Position numbers and translations under genes: made by a program. Shown piece after piece: positions 63,436 to 64,000 of a DNA stretch of 64,000 bases. The stretch covers positions 1,056,001-1,120,000 of the forward strand of contig JBMNJT010000002.1 in NCBI GenBank assembly GCA_050951805.1. The letters run 5' to 3'. Source of the stretch: Bacillota bacterium. GTDB lineage: Bacteria; Bacillota; DTU025. Each line of letters opens with the position of its first letter. Position 1 is the stretch's first letter. The notes below the pieces were generated by a model, which saw only the letters and a list, made by a program, of their open reading frames with translations, was not told the DNA's origin and ran no database searches.

Positions 63436-64000
63436 TTGAGAGTTGCAATGCTTGGGGATATCATAGGCAGGCCCGGACGGAGGCACACGCTTCGCTGGAT
63501 AGCAGATCTCAGATCCCGCGAAGAACTCGATTTCGTTGTTGTTAATGGGGAGAATGCCGCAGGAGGCATCGGCCTTACACCAGATGTGTCACTGGAGATA
63601 TTCGACGCGGGGGTTGACGTAATAACCACAGGAAATCACGTCTGGCGTAACAGGGAGATGGCCGGGTTCCTCCAGACCGAAAAACGCGTGCTACGTCCGG
63701 CCAACTATCCGCAAGGTGTGCCCGGAAATGGATGGACCATAGTGACCAGGGGCGCCTTGCGCCTTGCCGTGCTTAACCTTCAGGGCCGCGTTTTCATGCA
63801 GCCTATTGACTGCCCTTTCATTTGCGCCGATCGAGCTATTGAGCAGATAGGTTCCAACGCAGACGCCATTGTTGTGGATTTTCACGCCGAAGCCACCAGC
63901 GAAAAACAGGCTCTCGGGCTTTATCTTGATGGCAGAGTGTCAGCGGTGGTTGGCACGCATACGCATGTACAGACATCTGATGAGCGGGTCCTTGCGAACG
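63436..64000 (+). CDS. ymdB: YmdB-family metallophosphoesterase (3' truncated by window)
   Basis: Manual translation: LGDIIGRPGR, NGENAAGG, TTGNH, LRPANYP, DFHAEATSEK, GTHTHVQT. Confidence 0.93.
   Translation, partial: MRVAMLGDIIGRPGRRHTLRWIADLRSREELDFVVVNGENAAGGIGLTPDVSLEIFDAGVDVITTGNHVWRNREMAGFLQTEKRVLRPANYPQGVPGNGWTIVTRGALRLAVLNLQGRVFMQPIDCPFICADRAIEQIGSNADAIVVDFHAEATSEKQALGLYLDGRVSAVVGTHTHVQTSDERVLAN

Noticed and set aside
1-64000. CRISPR arrays, tRNA/rRNA genes, IS elements, prophage
   Set aside because: None seen by eye; intergenic gaps contain no spaced repeats, cloverleafs or transposase ORFs

Overview
A mostly core-genome segment of an anaerobic, clostridial-type Bacillota (Firmicutes) chromosome; nearly all genes are on the + strand. 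Gene order: topA(partial)-trmFO-xerC-hslVU-codY, rpsB-tsf-pyrH-frr-uppS-cdsA-ytvI-dxr-rseP-ispG-proS-GT2-polC, rimP-nusA-ylxR-infB-ylxP-rbfA-nrnA-truB-ribF-rpsO-pnp, a buk-ptb-buk-2-oxoacid:ferredoxin oxidoreductase cluster with a convergent Glu/Leu/Phe/Val dehydrogenase, a BMP-family nucleoside ABC transporter, rlmN-PP2C-rodA-pbpA-pknB-rsgA-rpe, an FtsH-like pair, and cinA-thpR-recA-recX-rny-hypothetical-ymdB(partial). The standout non-coding element is an ORF-less group II intron (about 45225-46089) inserted just after a terminator-like hairpin. It has a compact IIC-like domain I, an enlarged three-hairpin domain III, a roughly 305-nt extensively base-paired domain IV with no reverse transcriptase, and intact domains V and VI. 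Other notable points are a PolC lacking its DEDDh proofreading domain, a probable AUU start for RNase Y, a decayed ylxQ remnant, an FHA-less FhaB-like peptide, and six sigma-H-type promoter motifs. All calls come from reading motifs and base-pairing by eye; no database searches or folding software were run.
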